Source: a virus. From it: a stretch of DNA of 47,540 nucleotides. Position numbers and translations under genes: made by a program. Below are positions 1-7,812 of this stretch, in pieces. The number at the start of each line of letters is the position of its first letter. Within the stretch, counting starts at the first letter, position 1. The notes beneath the pieces were generated by a model. That model searched no databases. It worked only from the letters and a program-made list of their open reading frames with translations, and was not told the DNA's origin. The DNA lies in the IMG/VR virus record IMGVR_UViG_3300011654_000001, positions 1 to 47,540 of that record. The stretch is one strand, 5' to 3'.

Positions 1-99
1 ATCGGCCAACCCATCAGCCACTCGGCAAATACCGGATTGATCCTGCCGTAGTACCCTTGCGGCGTTGGCGGCGTTGTCAGCCCGACAACCACCGGCAGA
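1..99. repeat. Terminal direct repeat, copy 1 (identical to 47442-47540)
   Basis: Direct reading: atcggccaacccatcagcc...caaccaccggcaga occurs at both window ends. Confidence 0.95.
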
Positions 100-663
100 T
101 CTGCCGCGACCTCGGCTCGCCGCTTGAAATAGTCCAGGTTCTTGGAGTATTGCTCGCCATCCGAGGCTTTCAGCGCTGGCCACAATCCAGACCCGCTCGC
201 GGAGCTGGTCGCCACCAACGTCGGCAGTTCCCAGCACTCCCCATCTAGCATCAAGCCCTGCTTCGGCCAGGTCTGCGAGAACTGTTCCCATCCCTCGACC
301 AAGCAGCGCTGCGACGTTCTCCACGAAGACGTAGCGCGGTCCAACCTCGCGAATGATGCGTAGCATTTCCTTCCAGAGCCCGCTGCGCTCGCCCCCGATG
401 CCTTCTTTCTGGCCGCTGCTGCTGATGTCTTGGCAGGGAAACCCGCCAGATACCACGTCAACAATTCCGCTCCAGGGGCGTCCGTCAAAGGTGCAAACGT
501 CATCCCAAATCGGGAAAGGCGGGAGAACTCCGTCATTTTGTCTGCAGGCAAGTACGCTTGCGGCGTAGGGATTTCGCTCAACGGCGCAGACGGTGCGCCA
601 TCCCAGCAAGTGGCCTCCGAGAATTCCGCCACCAGCGCCCGCAAACAACGCAAGCTCACGCAT
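1..663 (-). CDS. DNA (cytosine-5) methyltransferase, 5' part; the gene continues across the circular junction
   Basis: Absent from the ORF track because it runs off the window. My translation from ATG 663-661 gives [16 protein letters not shown] (motif I), [12 protein letters not shown] (motif IV), [11 protein letters not shown] (motif VI) and [11 protein letters not shown] (motif VIII). The ATG overlaps the HNH stop (ATGCGTGA). Confidence 0.85.
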   Translation of the reverse strand, partial: MRELALFAGAGGGILGGHLLGWRTVCAVERNPYAASVLACRQNDGVLPPFPIWDDVCTFDGRPWSGIVDVVSGGFPCQDISSSGQKEGIGGERSGLWKEMLRIIREVGPRYVFVENVAALLGRGMGTVLADLAEAGLDARWGVLGTADVGGDQLRERVWIVASAESLGWRAILQEPGLFQAASRGRGRSAGGCRADNAANAARVLRQDQSGICRVADGLAD

Positions 664-1069
664 ACCGACCTCCCGCACTCCGCTTCCGCGACCGGCTCAG
701 CTCCTTGCTGTGCTGTGCCGAATGGTCTGCGTGCTGCATCAACTCCAGGTTTTCCAGCCGGTTGTCCGTCTTGATCCCGTTCTTGTGATGCACGCACTCC
801 CCAGGGAAAAGCGATCTGCCGATGTGCATCTCCATGACCATCACATGCACATGAATTTCTTTGCGCCCATTCGCATACGGATGTTTGCCGGCATACATCC
901 GCAAGTAGCCGTCCTTCGTTAGCCGCTGAACGTATTGCTTCGATTGCGGACCGGTCTTCTGCCCATTCCGGCCCTTGCCGTTGTTCTTCTGGCGACAGCT
1001 CACCGAGCAGAACAGCTGTTCTTTCCGCTTCTGCGTGAATTCTTGATTGCAAACTGGACAGGTATTCAT
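656..1069 (-). CDS. HNH endonuclease (free-standing, homing type)
   Basis: 137 aa. It has an N-terminal Cys pairs CPVC...CSVSC and an HNH core [31 protein letters not shown] lies upstream of the ATG. Confidence 0.8.
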   Translation of the reverse strand: MNTCPVCNQEFTQKRKEQLFCSVSCRQKNNGKGRNGQKTGPQSKQYVQRLTKDGYLRMYAGKHPYANGRKEIHVHVMVMEMHIGRSLFPGECVHHKNGIKTDNRLENLELMQHADHSAQHSKELSRSRKRSAGGRYA

Positions 1070-1100
1070 CTGTCATCCTCCTTGAAAAGAGCCAGCTCAT

Positions 1101-1343
1101 TCATGCGCCCCTCTCTTCGCGGATGGATTGGCAATCCACACAGCGCACAGCCCAAGGCGCAGCCTCACGCCGAGTGCGCGGAATCTCGATGCCGCACTCC
1201 TCGCATTCCTCAGCGCCCTGCCCCTGCAGCCTGGCCTGTACCAGCGCCACGCCACCTATACGAACGTCTTCCTCAACACTGAATGCGCGCTCGAGGGCGT
1301 CGGGGGCTGTGCGGGCCTGGTGGAAGGCTTCGGTGATTTCCAT
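1101..1343 (-). CDS. TraR/DksA-family C4 zinc-finger protein
   Basis: Track ORF 1101-1466 trimmed to ATG 1343, which lies 8 nt after the upstream TGA. The C-terminus CEECGIEIPRTRREAAPWAVRCVDCQ is the TraR/DksA finger pattern. Confidence 0.7.
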   Translation of the reverse strand: MEITEAFHQARTAPDALERAFSVEEDVRIGGVALVQARLQGQGAEECEECGIEIPRTRREAAPWAVRCVDCQSIREERGA

Positions 1344-1351
1344 GTAGTCGC

Positions 1352-1594
1352 TCACTTGGCGGCCTCCTCTACGCGATGATCCCCTGGCAGGCACGCCATA
1401 ACCTCTTGGCCACGGCTGCGGGCGACGGTGCAAGTGAGGTCGGTTGTTTCCGAGTAGAAGCTCCACGCGGTGTCGTTGTTGCTGAAGCGATCAACGAACT
1501 GGATGAGCTGATTCCCTCCAAAGAGCCCAGCCAGCACAGGCAGCAGCATCGAAGCGACGGTCTTGGTCAGTTTGTTGCGCTTGTCTTCACTCAT
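1352..1594 (-). CDS. Hypothetical protein with one hydrophobic helix
   Basis: 80 aa with the segment VASMLLPVLAGLFGG. Its stop abuts the next start, and its ATG overlaps the upstream stop (ATGA). Confidence 0.55.
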   Translation of the reverse strand: MSEDKRNKLTKTVASMLLPVLAGLFGGNQLIQFVDRFSNNDTAWSFYSETTDLTCTVARSRGQEVMACLPGDHRVEEAAK

Positions 1595-1881
1595 TTGCTC
1601 GCTCCTACGCCGCGCTGGGTGCTTCCGTCAGCACAGACGACGCGATGGTCATTGCCGCGGGATAGGCCTATGCCTGCTCCGGTGATTGCTTGAGGGCGGA
1701 AGCCCTGCTTCTGGAGTGCCTGAACGGCCAGGCGCTGCTGAGACGGCATCGCGTAGATGGCCTGACGGGTCTTGGCGCAAGCGGTGTGCTTATGGCCGTT
1801 GCGTGGATTGCCGCAGATGTCGCAGCACCACTTGAGGTCAAGGCCTTCGTGAATGCGGCCGGTGCCGATGGAGGTGGTCAT
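1591..1881 (-). CDS. Hypothetical Cys/His-rich protein
   Basis: 96 aa with WCCDICGNPRNGHKHTAC. It is coupled to its neighbours at both ends. Confidence 0.5.
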   Translation of the reverse strand: MTTSIGTGRIHEGLDLKWCCDICGNPRNGHKHTACAKTRQAIYAMPSQQRLAVQALQKQGFRPQAITGAGIGLSRGNDHRVVCADGSTQRGVGASK

Positions 1882-2687
1882 CCTTTGGCCCTCCCGCGCG
1901 CTGACTTCCAGTCGAAGCCGACAGCAATACCGCCGCCTTCGCGCAGACGATCCACGCAGCGCTCGCCCAAGGCGCCGGACAGTTCGCCGGCTGGCAGGTT
2001 GGAGATCACGACGGTGGGAAGCTGCTCCTCGTACCGGCCGTTGATGATGTTGAACAGGGTGGCAAGCTCGAACTCGGTCGGCTTGGTCGCGCCAACTTCG
2101 TCGATGATCAGCATGCTCGGCTTCGTGTACGCGGCGAAGGCGTCAGCCTCGCTGTACTCGCTATCGCGGTCGTAGCTGCCCTTGATGTGATGCAGGATGC
2201 CGCCAACGGTGCGGTAGACGGCCGTGGCGGTCGTCGTGCGCATGATGTGGTTGGCGATGGCAGTGGCCAGGTGCGTCTTGCCGGTCCCGACATTGCCAAG
2301 CAGCAGAAGGCAGCGGCCAGCCTCGCAGTGCTCAGCGAAGTTCTCGGCGTAGCCTCGGCAGATACTCAGCGCCTTGACCTGCTTCGGCTCGGTGGCGATG
2401 TAGCCCTCGAACGTGCGATCCCGGAACCGGGCCGGGATCAGCGCGGCGCCGAGCTTGTTGGCCAGGCGGTCGGCGGCGATCTTCGCCATCAACGCCTTCT
2501 GGTCTTCTGCATCCTTCTCGCGTTGGAGGATCTCGGCGCACACCGGGCAGCCACTCGGGCCTTCCTTGTGCTTGCTGATGATTGCAGCGTACTCGCCGTG
2601 CTGATCGCAGATGGCCAGCTCCTTGGCGACGATGCCAAAGCGGCGCTCGAGCGGATCGACTGTCAGGTTCAATGCGTTAGAAGCCAT
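1878..2687 (-). CDS. DnaC/IstB-like AAA+ replication protein (helicase loader)
   Basis: Walker A LLLLGNVGTGKTHLA, Walker B MLIIDEVG and an N-terminal CxxH...CPVC. The track start is 2696; I prefer ATG 2687 because GGGAGG lies 9 nt upstream. Confidence 0.8.
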   Translation of the reverse strand: MASNALNLTVDPLERRFGIVAKELAICDQHGEYAAIISKHKEGPSGCPVCAEILQREKDAEDQKALMAKIAADRLANKLGAALIPARFRDRTFEGYIATEPKQVKALSICRGYAENFAEHCEAGRCLLLLGNVGTGKTHLATAIANHIMRTTTATAVYRTVGGILHHIKGSYDRDSEYSEADAFAAYTKPSMLIIDEVGATKPTEFELATLFNIINGRYEEQLPTVVISNLPAGELSGALGERCVDRLREGGGIAVGFDWKSARGRAKG

Positions 2688-3396
2688 AGGTGCCATCCTC
2701 CCGCTGTACCAGGCCGGCGCTGTAGTCGCGCTGATCGAACCCGCCGTGACGCGAAGCGCCCGGGAACTGGTGGACGTTGCCTGCCGGCTTCACCTCATCG
2801 TTCCAGCGATTCTGATTCAGCCAAGTCGAGGCGTGCGGGATGAACTGGCCGTCGTCTTTGGTCCAGCCGGTCGACGCGCAATGCTTGGCGAGCGACTCGA
2901 CCATCTGCGACAACAGCTCGGGAGAGGGATTGATCTTGGCGAACGCCTTGCGGGCCGGCTCCTTCCCACACTTGCGCGGGTAGAGCTTCCAGAAGGTTTC
3001 GAATGCAGCCTCAGTGTCAGCTTTTTGAGGCCCTGATTCGGCCTGCTGCTCTTCCTCCACGACTTCATCGGTCTCGGCAGGCAGAGTGCTCGGCGCTTCG
3101 CGGCGGTGCGGGTTCTGGTGCTTTGCCCACTTCACGATCTGGATGATCTTCTTGCCGGCGCGCTCATAGCGGCTGATGAAGCCGTATGCGGCCAGGCCGT
3201 CCAGCATCTGCTCGACTTCCACGTCGTCAGCCGGAAAGAGTGCGTTCTTCAGCTTCTTCGGGCGGTCTTCGAGGCGGCCTTCCTTATCAGCTTCAGTCCA
3301 GAGGCCGATAAAGAACAGGCGAGTGGCGAAGTCGAGCTCCTGCAGGTCTTCGTTCTGGAAGAAACCTGGCTTGATATTGCGCGATCTGGCCATCAT
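2677..3396 (-). CDS. Replication initiator/organiser (phage O-like or DnaD-like)
   Basis: 239 aa lying upstream of the loader gene. The N-terminus reads [11 protein letters not shown]...[19 protein letters not shown] and the C-terminus [23 protein letters not shown] associate both with phage replication proteins. Confidence 0.55.
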   Translation of the reverse strand: MMARSRNIKPGFFQNEDLQELDFATRLFFIGLWTEADKEGRLEDRPKKLKNALFPADDVEVEQMLDGLAAYGFISRYERAGKKIIQIVKWAKHQNPHRREAPSTLPAETDEVVEEEQQAESGPQKADTEAAFETFWKLYPRKCGKEPARKAFAKINPSPELLSQMVESLAKHCASTGWTKDDGQFIPHASTWLNQNRWNDEVKPAGNVHQFPGASRHGGFDQRDYSAGLVQREDGTYGF

Positions 3397-4202
3397 GCGG
3401 CCTCCCGAATGATGGTAGCGAGCCTGACGAGGCCCTTTGGAGTGACGCGCGCCTGCTCGGTGGTCTTCTCTGTTCCGTCAGGGCGCTCGACGGTTCTGTA
3501 CTTGTGCTCCATCACTCCGGCCTGAATCTTGTCCTGATAGGCAACGAAATGAGTCGAGCCAGTGCGGCGGTAAATCCACTTGCGCGCTTGAAGGATGGCA
3601 ATCAGGTCCTTGCGCTTGATTTGCAGCGACTTAGCTGCATCCGTGAGACAGAGAGAGCCATCCGCAACCGCGATCCGATTTAGGGCCTCAATCTTTGGCG
3701 CCTGCTCGGCAACCACGAGCTGAAGATGGCTATTCTGCTCTGCGAGGTCCGCAGCCAGGCGAAGCGCCTCAGGCAGCGTCTGAGGAATGACAGGTGCCGA
3801 CGCCAGCTGCTCCAGCTCGTGCAGACGGAGAATCACCTTGTGGCGCAGCTTGATGCTGTAGCCGGTGATCAGGGTTTCCGTTAGCTCTCTGTTGAGCCTG
3901 AACTCGGAAACGTAGCCGCGCGCATCTCGATCCCACTCAAACCCGCGCGATTCCTGATGGACCCGATTGGGGCCATCTCCGAAAAGCGTCTCCATGATCG
4001 AATTGGCGTTTTCGCGAATGAATTCCAAATGGCGATTCCGGTACTTCTCAGGAAGAATTTTTTCCAGCTCCTCCTGCCCGTGAAGCTCGATAAGCATCGA
4101 CCTGATGTCGCGGATAACGTGCTTGTGCTGCTTTCCAGTAAGTTCGGCAATCTCGCGACTGCTCATCTTCAGGGTATTGCCAGCGGTGATAAGGTTTTGC
4201 AT
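3393..4202 (-). CDS. Rha-family regulator with a KilAC/ANT-like C-terminal domain
   Basis: [25 protein letters not shown] matches the Rha N-terminal pattern. The C-terminal part [30 protein letters not shown]...[10 protein letters not shown] is KilAC-like. Confidence 0.7.
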   Translation of the reverse strand: MQNLITAGNTLKMSSREIAELTGKQHKHVIRDIRSMLIELHGQEELEKILPEKYRNRHLEFIRENANSIMETLFGDGPNRVHQESRGFEWDRDARGYVSEFRLNRELTETLITGYSIKLRHKVILRLHELEQLASAPVIPQTLPEALRLAADLAEQNSHLQLVVAEQAPKIEALNRIAVADGSLCLTDAAKSLQIKRKDLIAILQARKWIYRRTGSTHFVAYQDKIQAGVMEHKYRTVERPDGTEKTTEQARVTPKGLVRLATIIREAA

Positions 4203-4234
4203 AATTGACTCCGACTTCAGTTGTTGCTGTTGAG

Positions 4235-4262
4235 AAACCCGGTCTTCCCACCGGGTTTTTTA
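4235..4262. terminator. GC hairpin with flanking A/T runs between the RHH genes and the Rha gene
   Basis: AAACCCGG(4235-42)-tcttccca-CCGGGTTT(4251-58). The T-run is on the plus strand; on the minus (coding) strand only TTCTC follows the stem. Confidence 0.4.
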
Positions 4263-4469
4263 TTGCCCATTTTTCGGCCCCTTTTCAGGGCCTGCCCTCC
4301 TCCGAAACGGCTGCACCTTTCCGGTATTGCCTTTCGGCTCAGTGATCCTTCGCAACTGATCCCTGATTAGCTCGCCGCCCAGGTCTTCTGGCGACTTGCC
4401 TTCCTGCCTTGCTAGCTCATGCAATGCGCGCTGAAAGCGCTCATCAAGAGCGACATCTTGTTCAGCCAT
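4260..4469 (-). CDS. Small RHH-like hypothetical protein
   Basis: 69 aa, GGGAGG RBS, contains VALDERFQRALHELARQEGKSPEDL. Confidence 0.5.
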   Translation of the reverse strand: MAEQDVALDERFQRALHELARQEGKSPEDLGGELIRDQLRRITEPKGNTGKVQPFRRRAGPEKGPKNGQ

Positions 4470-4487
4470 GAGGCCTCCCGAGGGCCT

Positions 4488-4682
4488 TCAGGCCGTCTGT
4501 TCAACTTCGGTATCCTCAAGACGCGAAAGCATGTCCCGCAGGCTGGCTTCCAACAGCTCGCGAGCCAGTACGGCTTTCTGGGTGCGATGGAATTTCGCCA
4601 ACGACTGCAGAAGCTCGTCGGTGTCCTCGTCGAGGCGAACCTTCGTGATGTGGTCACGCAGATGTTTGGGGTCGTGGTACAT
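4488..4682 (-). CDS. Ribbon-helix-helix DNA-binding protein (cII-position regulator)
   Basis: 64 aa with TKVRLDEDTDELLQSLAKFHRTQKAVLARELLEASL and an AAGGAAA RBS. Confidence 0.55.
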   Translation of the reverse strand: MYHDPKHLRDHITKVRLDEDTDELLQSLAKFHRTQKAVLARELLEASLRDMLSRLEDTEVEQTA

Positions 4683-4703
4683 GGTCGATTTCCTTTTCAG
4701 TTC

Positions 4704-4925
4704 TCAGGCGGCCACGCCTTCCCACGGGAAGGACGGGCACAGCTCTTGCCGGCGGACCTTTCCGCCAGTTGCTGATTCGATCTGCAGTGCACGAGCAGCC
4801 GGGATCGGCCGGCCACCTGAGCACCACTGGCTTACAGTCGGCGTGCGAATCTGGAGCTGGCGAGCAAGCTCCGCCTGGCTACCGAGGATTTGCGCTGCCT
4901 TCTGGGCTGCTTGTGCGGGGGTCAT
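4704..4925 (-). CDS. cro: Cro-like HTH repressor (YdaS/Cro family)
   Basis: 73 aa with the HTH SQAELARQLQIRTPTVSQW. It is divergent from cI across a 98-bp operator region. Confidence 0.8.
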   Translation of the reverse strand: MTPAQAAQKAAQILGSQAELARQLQIRTPTVSQWCSGGRPIPAARALQIESATGGKVRRQELCPSFPWEGVAA

Positions 4926-4960
4926 TTGGTGCTCTCCGTAGTGACACGGGCACAGAATAA

Positions 4961-5031
4961 GGCATTAGCTAATCGCAAAGCAAGCCATTGCCTAACCGAT
5001 ATTCACCATAGGTAAATTAGGCAATGCTTAA
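4961..5031. promoter_or_regulatory. Right operator/promoter region (three operator-like sites)
   Basis: Sites are GGCATTAGCTAAT (4961-73), GCCATTGCCTAAC (4984-96) and the near-palindrome TTAGGCAATGCTTAA (5017-31, overlapping the cI ATG). On the minus strand there is TTGCTT-17nt-TTATTC upstream of cro. Confidence 0.6.
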
Positions 5032-5806
5032 AGGTGAACAGCTTGGCGCAGCTATAGACGCCGCACGGATCAAGAAGGGGCTTTCAAAGAAGGCCCTGGC
5101 AGACCGTTTCAACGTGAAGCCTCCATCGGTACAGGGATGGATTGCGACCGGCCGCATTGACAAAACGAAGATGATCCAGATGATCGCCTTCTTTTCTGAC
5201 GTCGTGCCACCAAGCCACTGGGGCCTTGCCGACGGAACTGTCCTCATTGCAGACGAAGCGCACCGCTCTACTTCAGGAGAACAGTCGAGAATTGAACTCC
5301 CTGGATCGGAAGCAGCCATCGCGCTAACCGCCACGCCTGCAGCAGATGAGCGAGCCGGGCATTCGCCAAGCGAAAACGATTACGCCTTGATACCGCAGTA
5401 CGATGCACGCGGCGCCTGCGGTGATGGCGCGCTGAATGATCACGTCGAAGTTAACGGCGGGCTGGCATTCAAGCGCGACTGGCTTCGCCGTATGGGCGCC
5501 AAGCCGCAGCACCTGTTCGTCATCTACGCCGCCGGCAGCAGCATGGAGCCCTATATTTTCGAAGGCGACGTTGTGCTGTTCGACAGCTCCGACACGGAGC
5601 CGCGTGACCGCCAGGTATATGCGATCCGGCGACCAGACGGCAGCTTGAGCATCAAGCGAATGGCTCAGCAGATATCTGGCAATTGGCTGATTCGCAGCGA
5701 CAACCCAGACAAGGCGCGCTACCCGGACGAAGAAGTCTCTCCGGCATCAATGCACGATGTGCCGATCATTGGTCGGGTCATCTGGCGCGGCGGCGCACTC
5801 GGCTGA
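5024..5806 (+). CDS. cI: CI-type repressor (HTH plus S24/LexA-like autopeptidase)
   Basis: 260 aa. The N-terminal HTH reads [20 protein letters not shown]. The C-terminal part carries AAGSSMEP (Ser) and SIKRM (Lys). Confidence 0.9.
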   Translation: MLKGEQLGAAIDAARIKKGLSKKALADRFNVKPPSVQGWIATGRIDKTKMIQMIAFFSDVVPPSHWGLADGTVLIADEAHRSTSGEQSRIELPGSEAAIALTATPAADERAGHSPSENDYALIPQYDARGACGDGALNDHVEVNGGLAFKRDWLRRMGAKPQHLFVIYAAGSSMEPYIFEGDVVLFDSSDTEPRDRQVYAIRRPDGSLSIKRMAQQISGNWLIRSDNPDKARYPDEEVSPASMHDVPIIGRVIWRGGALG

Positions 5807-5851
5807 CATAGCCGCAAACCCTTCTATTCCGCCCCTTCCAGCCAATGTACG

Positions 5852-5872
5852 GGCCTAGGCATGTCCTAGGCC
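5852..5872. repeat. Perfect 8-bp-arm inverted repeat downstream of cI
   Basis: GGCCTAGG-catgt-CCTAGGCC. Confidence 0.85.
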
Positions 5873-5886
5873 ATGTCGAGCCCGGC

Positions 5887-5921
5887 TGATTCCTGATTCC
5901 TGATTCCTGATTCCTGATTCC
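5887..5921. repeat. Heptanucleotide microsatellite (TGATTCC)x5
   Basis: Five perfect tandem copies read directly from the sequence, in an intergenic position. Confidence 0.95.
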
Positions 5922-5977
5922 CTCAATAGGGCCTCGGCGGAGCCTCGGGCGGGGTTCGTTCGTCCATCACAAAAAAA

Positions 5978-6020
5978 TTAGCTAATGCCTATTGCACAAG
6001 ATTAGGCATTGGCTTATTGT
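5978..6020 (+). promoter_or_regulatory. Left operator/promoter (early-left promoter with two operator-like sites)
   Basis: TTAGCTAATGCCT (5978-90) is the reverse complement of the 4961 site. TTAGGCATTGGCTTA (6002-16) resembles the 4984 site. The promoter reads TTGCAC (5992-97), 17 nt, TATTGT (6015-20). Confidence 0.6.
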
Positions 6021-6083
6021 TCACCCATCGACGCAGCAGCACCGCGTCAGGGCCTCGAAAGGGGCCTCGGGTGGATCCCCGGA

Positions 6084-6096
6084 AACTCTTTAACAA
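6084..6096 (+). promoter_or_regulatory. boxA-like element in the early-left leader
   Basis: AACTCTTTAACAA against the rrn/lambdoid boxA consensus TGCTCTTTAACAA: 11 of 13 match. Confidence 0.35.
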
Positions 6097-6288
6097 TTTG
6101 CCGCAACACAAACCGCATTGCCTCGACGGCGACCGGCGCACTGGAAAAGCCATTGAGGGGCTGGAACAGGCGATGTGCTGACCTAACCGAGCGAATGACC
6201 CGAACGGGCAATGCGGCGTAATGCAAGTTTTCACTGGCTGGCCTTGGCGACAGGGCCAGACTGGAAGACAACCAACGAGGCATCACAC

Positions 6289-6486
6289 ATGAGCACTCAC
6301 GCAGTAATGCTTGAAATGCGCCGCAAGAAGACGAGCCATATCTTCCACCTGATCTTCAGCATCCTGACTGGCGGATTGTGGATCGTGATCTGGCTGCTTT
6401 GCGCGCTTAGCAACAGCCTGGAGAACAGGAAGCTTGACCAGCAGATCGACCGGCTGCTGATAGCCGAGTCGAACACTCATCGTTAG
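6289..6486 (+). CDS. Small membrane protein (first gene of the early-left operon)
   Basis: Track ORF 6211-6486 trimmed to ATG 6289. 65 aa with the TM segment IFHLIFSILTGGLWIVIWLLCAL. Confidence 0.55.
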   Translation: MSTHAVMLEMRRKKTSHIFHLIFSILTGGLWIVIWLLCALSNSLENRKLDQQIDRLLIAESNTHR

Positions 6487-6637
6487 GCCCGGCAGCTCGC
6501 AACCGAAACGAACTACCAAGGATTCCTTGACAGTTCAGCCCAGCCCACCGTGGCAAGTAACGGAGGCCAGCAATACCGACGAATTACTGAAGCACCTGGG
6601 CGACCGGGTGCTTTGGAATCAACCGGGAGGAACGAAG

Positions 6638-6847
6638 ATGGCCCAGTTCAACATCGACGCCAGCCTGAGCAGCGGCAAGAAGCTCCAGTGGCTGGCCATT
6701 GCTGACGAAGGCGAAAGCCTGCAGTCGGTCGCCGATCAGGTGAAGCGTGCGGCGGGCAAGAAGTTCGGACCCGCCGTGATGCTGAAGCGCTGGGGCGTGA
6801 TGCGAGCCAGTAACGGCTACATCACCGTGACGATGTTCGCGTCATAG
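6638..6847 (+). CDS. Hypothetical protein
   Basis: Track ORF trimmed to ATG 6638, which is preceded by GGGAGGAAcgaag. 69 aa. Confidence 0.6.
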   Translation: MAQFNIDASLSSGKKLQWLAIADEGESLQSVADQVKRAAGKKFGPAVMLKRWGVMRASNGYITVTMFAS

Positions 6848-6925
6848 CGCGCAACGGAGAACGGAACATTCACTGATGCCGATTCGATGAGTCGGCATTG
6901 GGAATAAACCGAACGGAGCAACACC

Positions 6926-7327
6926 ATGAAGAAGCTGATTCAAACGCTGGCCGTCGCGCTGGCAGTGGCCGCGATTGCAGGCTGCGACACGGACGCATCG
7001 GTCGCGTCGCGGAACCTCTCGAAGGCCGCGGACATGTTCGAGATTGAGCGCCGAATTGTCTTCTACGACGCGATCGGCGGGCTTTACCTGCTGAGCATCG
7101 AGGGGCGCTGCTCAATCCGCAAGGATGGCGCAGACAACCAGCTGGAAGTGACCTGCAAGACAGGACCGGGCGAGTACAAGAAGCACTTCCTCGGCATCAG
7201 CGACAACGTGACCTACTTCGCCGAGCAGCTCGGGCAAGCCAACGTCAGCGTTTACAACTACCGGGTGATCTTCAAGCCCGAGGCGCTGATTCCGAACATC
7301 GACCTTGAGACCAGCGTCGGCCAGTAA
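6926..7327 (+). CDS. Lipoprotein
   Basis: 133 aa. The signal peptide plus lipobox reads MKKLIQTLAVALAVAAIAGC. GGAG RBS. Confidence 0.75.
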   Translation: MKKLIQTLAVALAVAAIAGCDTDASVASRNLSKAADMFEIERRIVFYDAIGGLYLLSIEGRCSIRKDGADNQLEVTCKTGPGEYKKHFLGISDNVTYFAEQLGQANVSVYNYRVIFKPEALIPNIDLETSVGQ

Positions 7328-7389
7328 CCCCACCCCCGCAGCTTGGCGACAGGCTGCAGCGGGCACCCATCAGCACATAGGAGGATGAG

Positions 7390-7725
7390 ATGAGCAAGGA
7401 ATTTACTGACGGTCCTTGGCATTACGGCGGGGATCATACGGATGTATCCGGTGACGTGCTTTATGTCGGAGAAATTACGGCGGGCGGTAGCAATTACCGA
7501 GGCGAGATCGCAAGAGTTCAATCGTGCGACCACATCCCGAATGGCATAAGTCGCGACGAGGCAAAAGCCAACATCCGGCTGATCGCAGCCGCGCCTGATC
7601 TGCTGGAAGCGCTGGATGATCTTCTGATCGCCTACTGCGACCCAGGCAATCAAGGCGGCGACCACGACGAGAAAGTCGAAGCCGCCCGCGCCGCCATCGC
7701 AAAGGCACGCGGAACGACATGCTAA
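7390..7725 (+). CDS. Hypothetical phage protein
   Basis: 111 aa with an AGGAGG RBS. The motif ANIRLIAAAPDLLEAL recurs in phage hypothetical proteins. Confidence 0.65.
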   Translation: MSKEFTDGPWHYGGDHTDVSGDVLYVGEITAGGSNYRGEIARVQSCDHIPNGISRDEAKANIRLIAAAPDLLEALDDLLIAYCDPGNQGGDHDEKVEAARAAIAKARGTTC

Positions 7726-7811
7726 CCGGCCCCGAAGTCCTGATCCTCTGCGGCATCCTCGCAGCGCTGTACATGTGGGATTGGTGGAGAAGGAATTGGA
7801 AAGGAGATTGA
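7719..7811 (+). CDS. Possible 30-aa single-TM peptide (below the track cutoff)
   Basis: MLTGPEVLILCGILAALYMWDWWRRNWKGD. Its ATG overlaps the upstream TAA (ATGCTAA), and its stop lies 1 nt before the next ATG. Confidence 0.35.
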   Translation: MLTGPEVLILCGILAALYMWDWWRRNWKGD

Positions 7812-7812
7812 T

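Noticed and set aside
5887-5921. Considered whether the tandem repeats here or in J could be a CRISPR array.
   Set aside because: The units are contiguous, with no spacers. They are 7 nt long here, or they are in-frame coding repeats in J. Nothing CRISPR-like exists anywhere in the window.
5989-6286. Minus-strand ORFs (81 and 79 aa) and a plus-strand ORF (6009-6221) in the gap between cI and the early-left operon.
   Set aside because: They have no RBS, their composition is implausible, and they span the operator/promoter and boxA-like elements.
6876-6898. 7-bp hairpin ATGCCGA-9 nt-TCGGCAT between 6847 and the lipoprotein gene.
   Set aside because: It is short, has no U-run and has no repeat partner. 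That is not enough to call a terminator or regulatory site.
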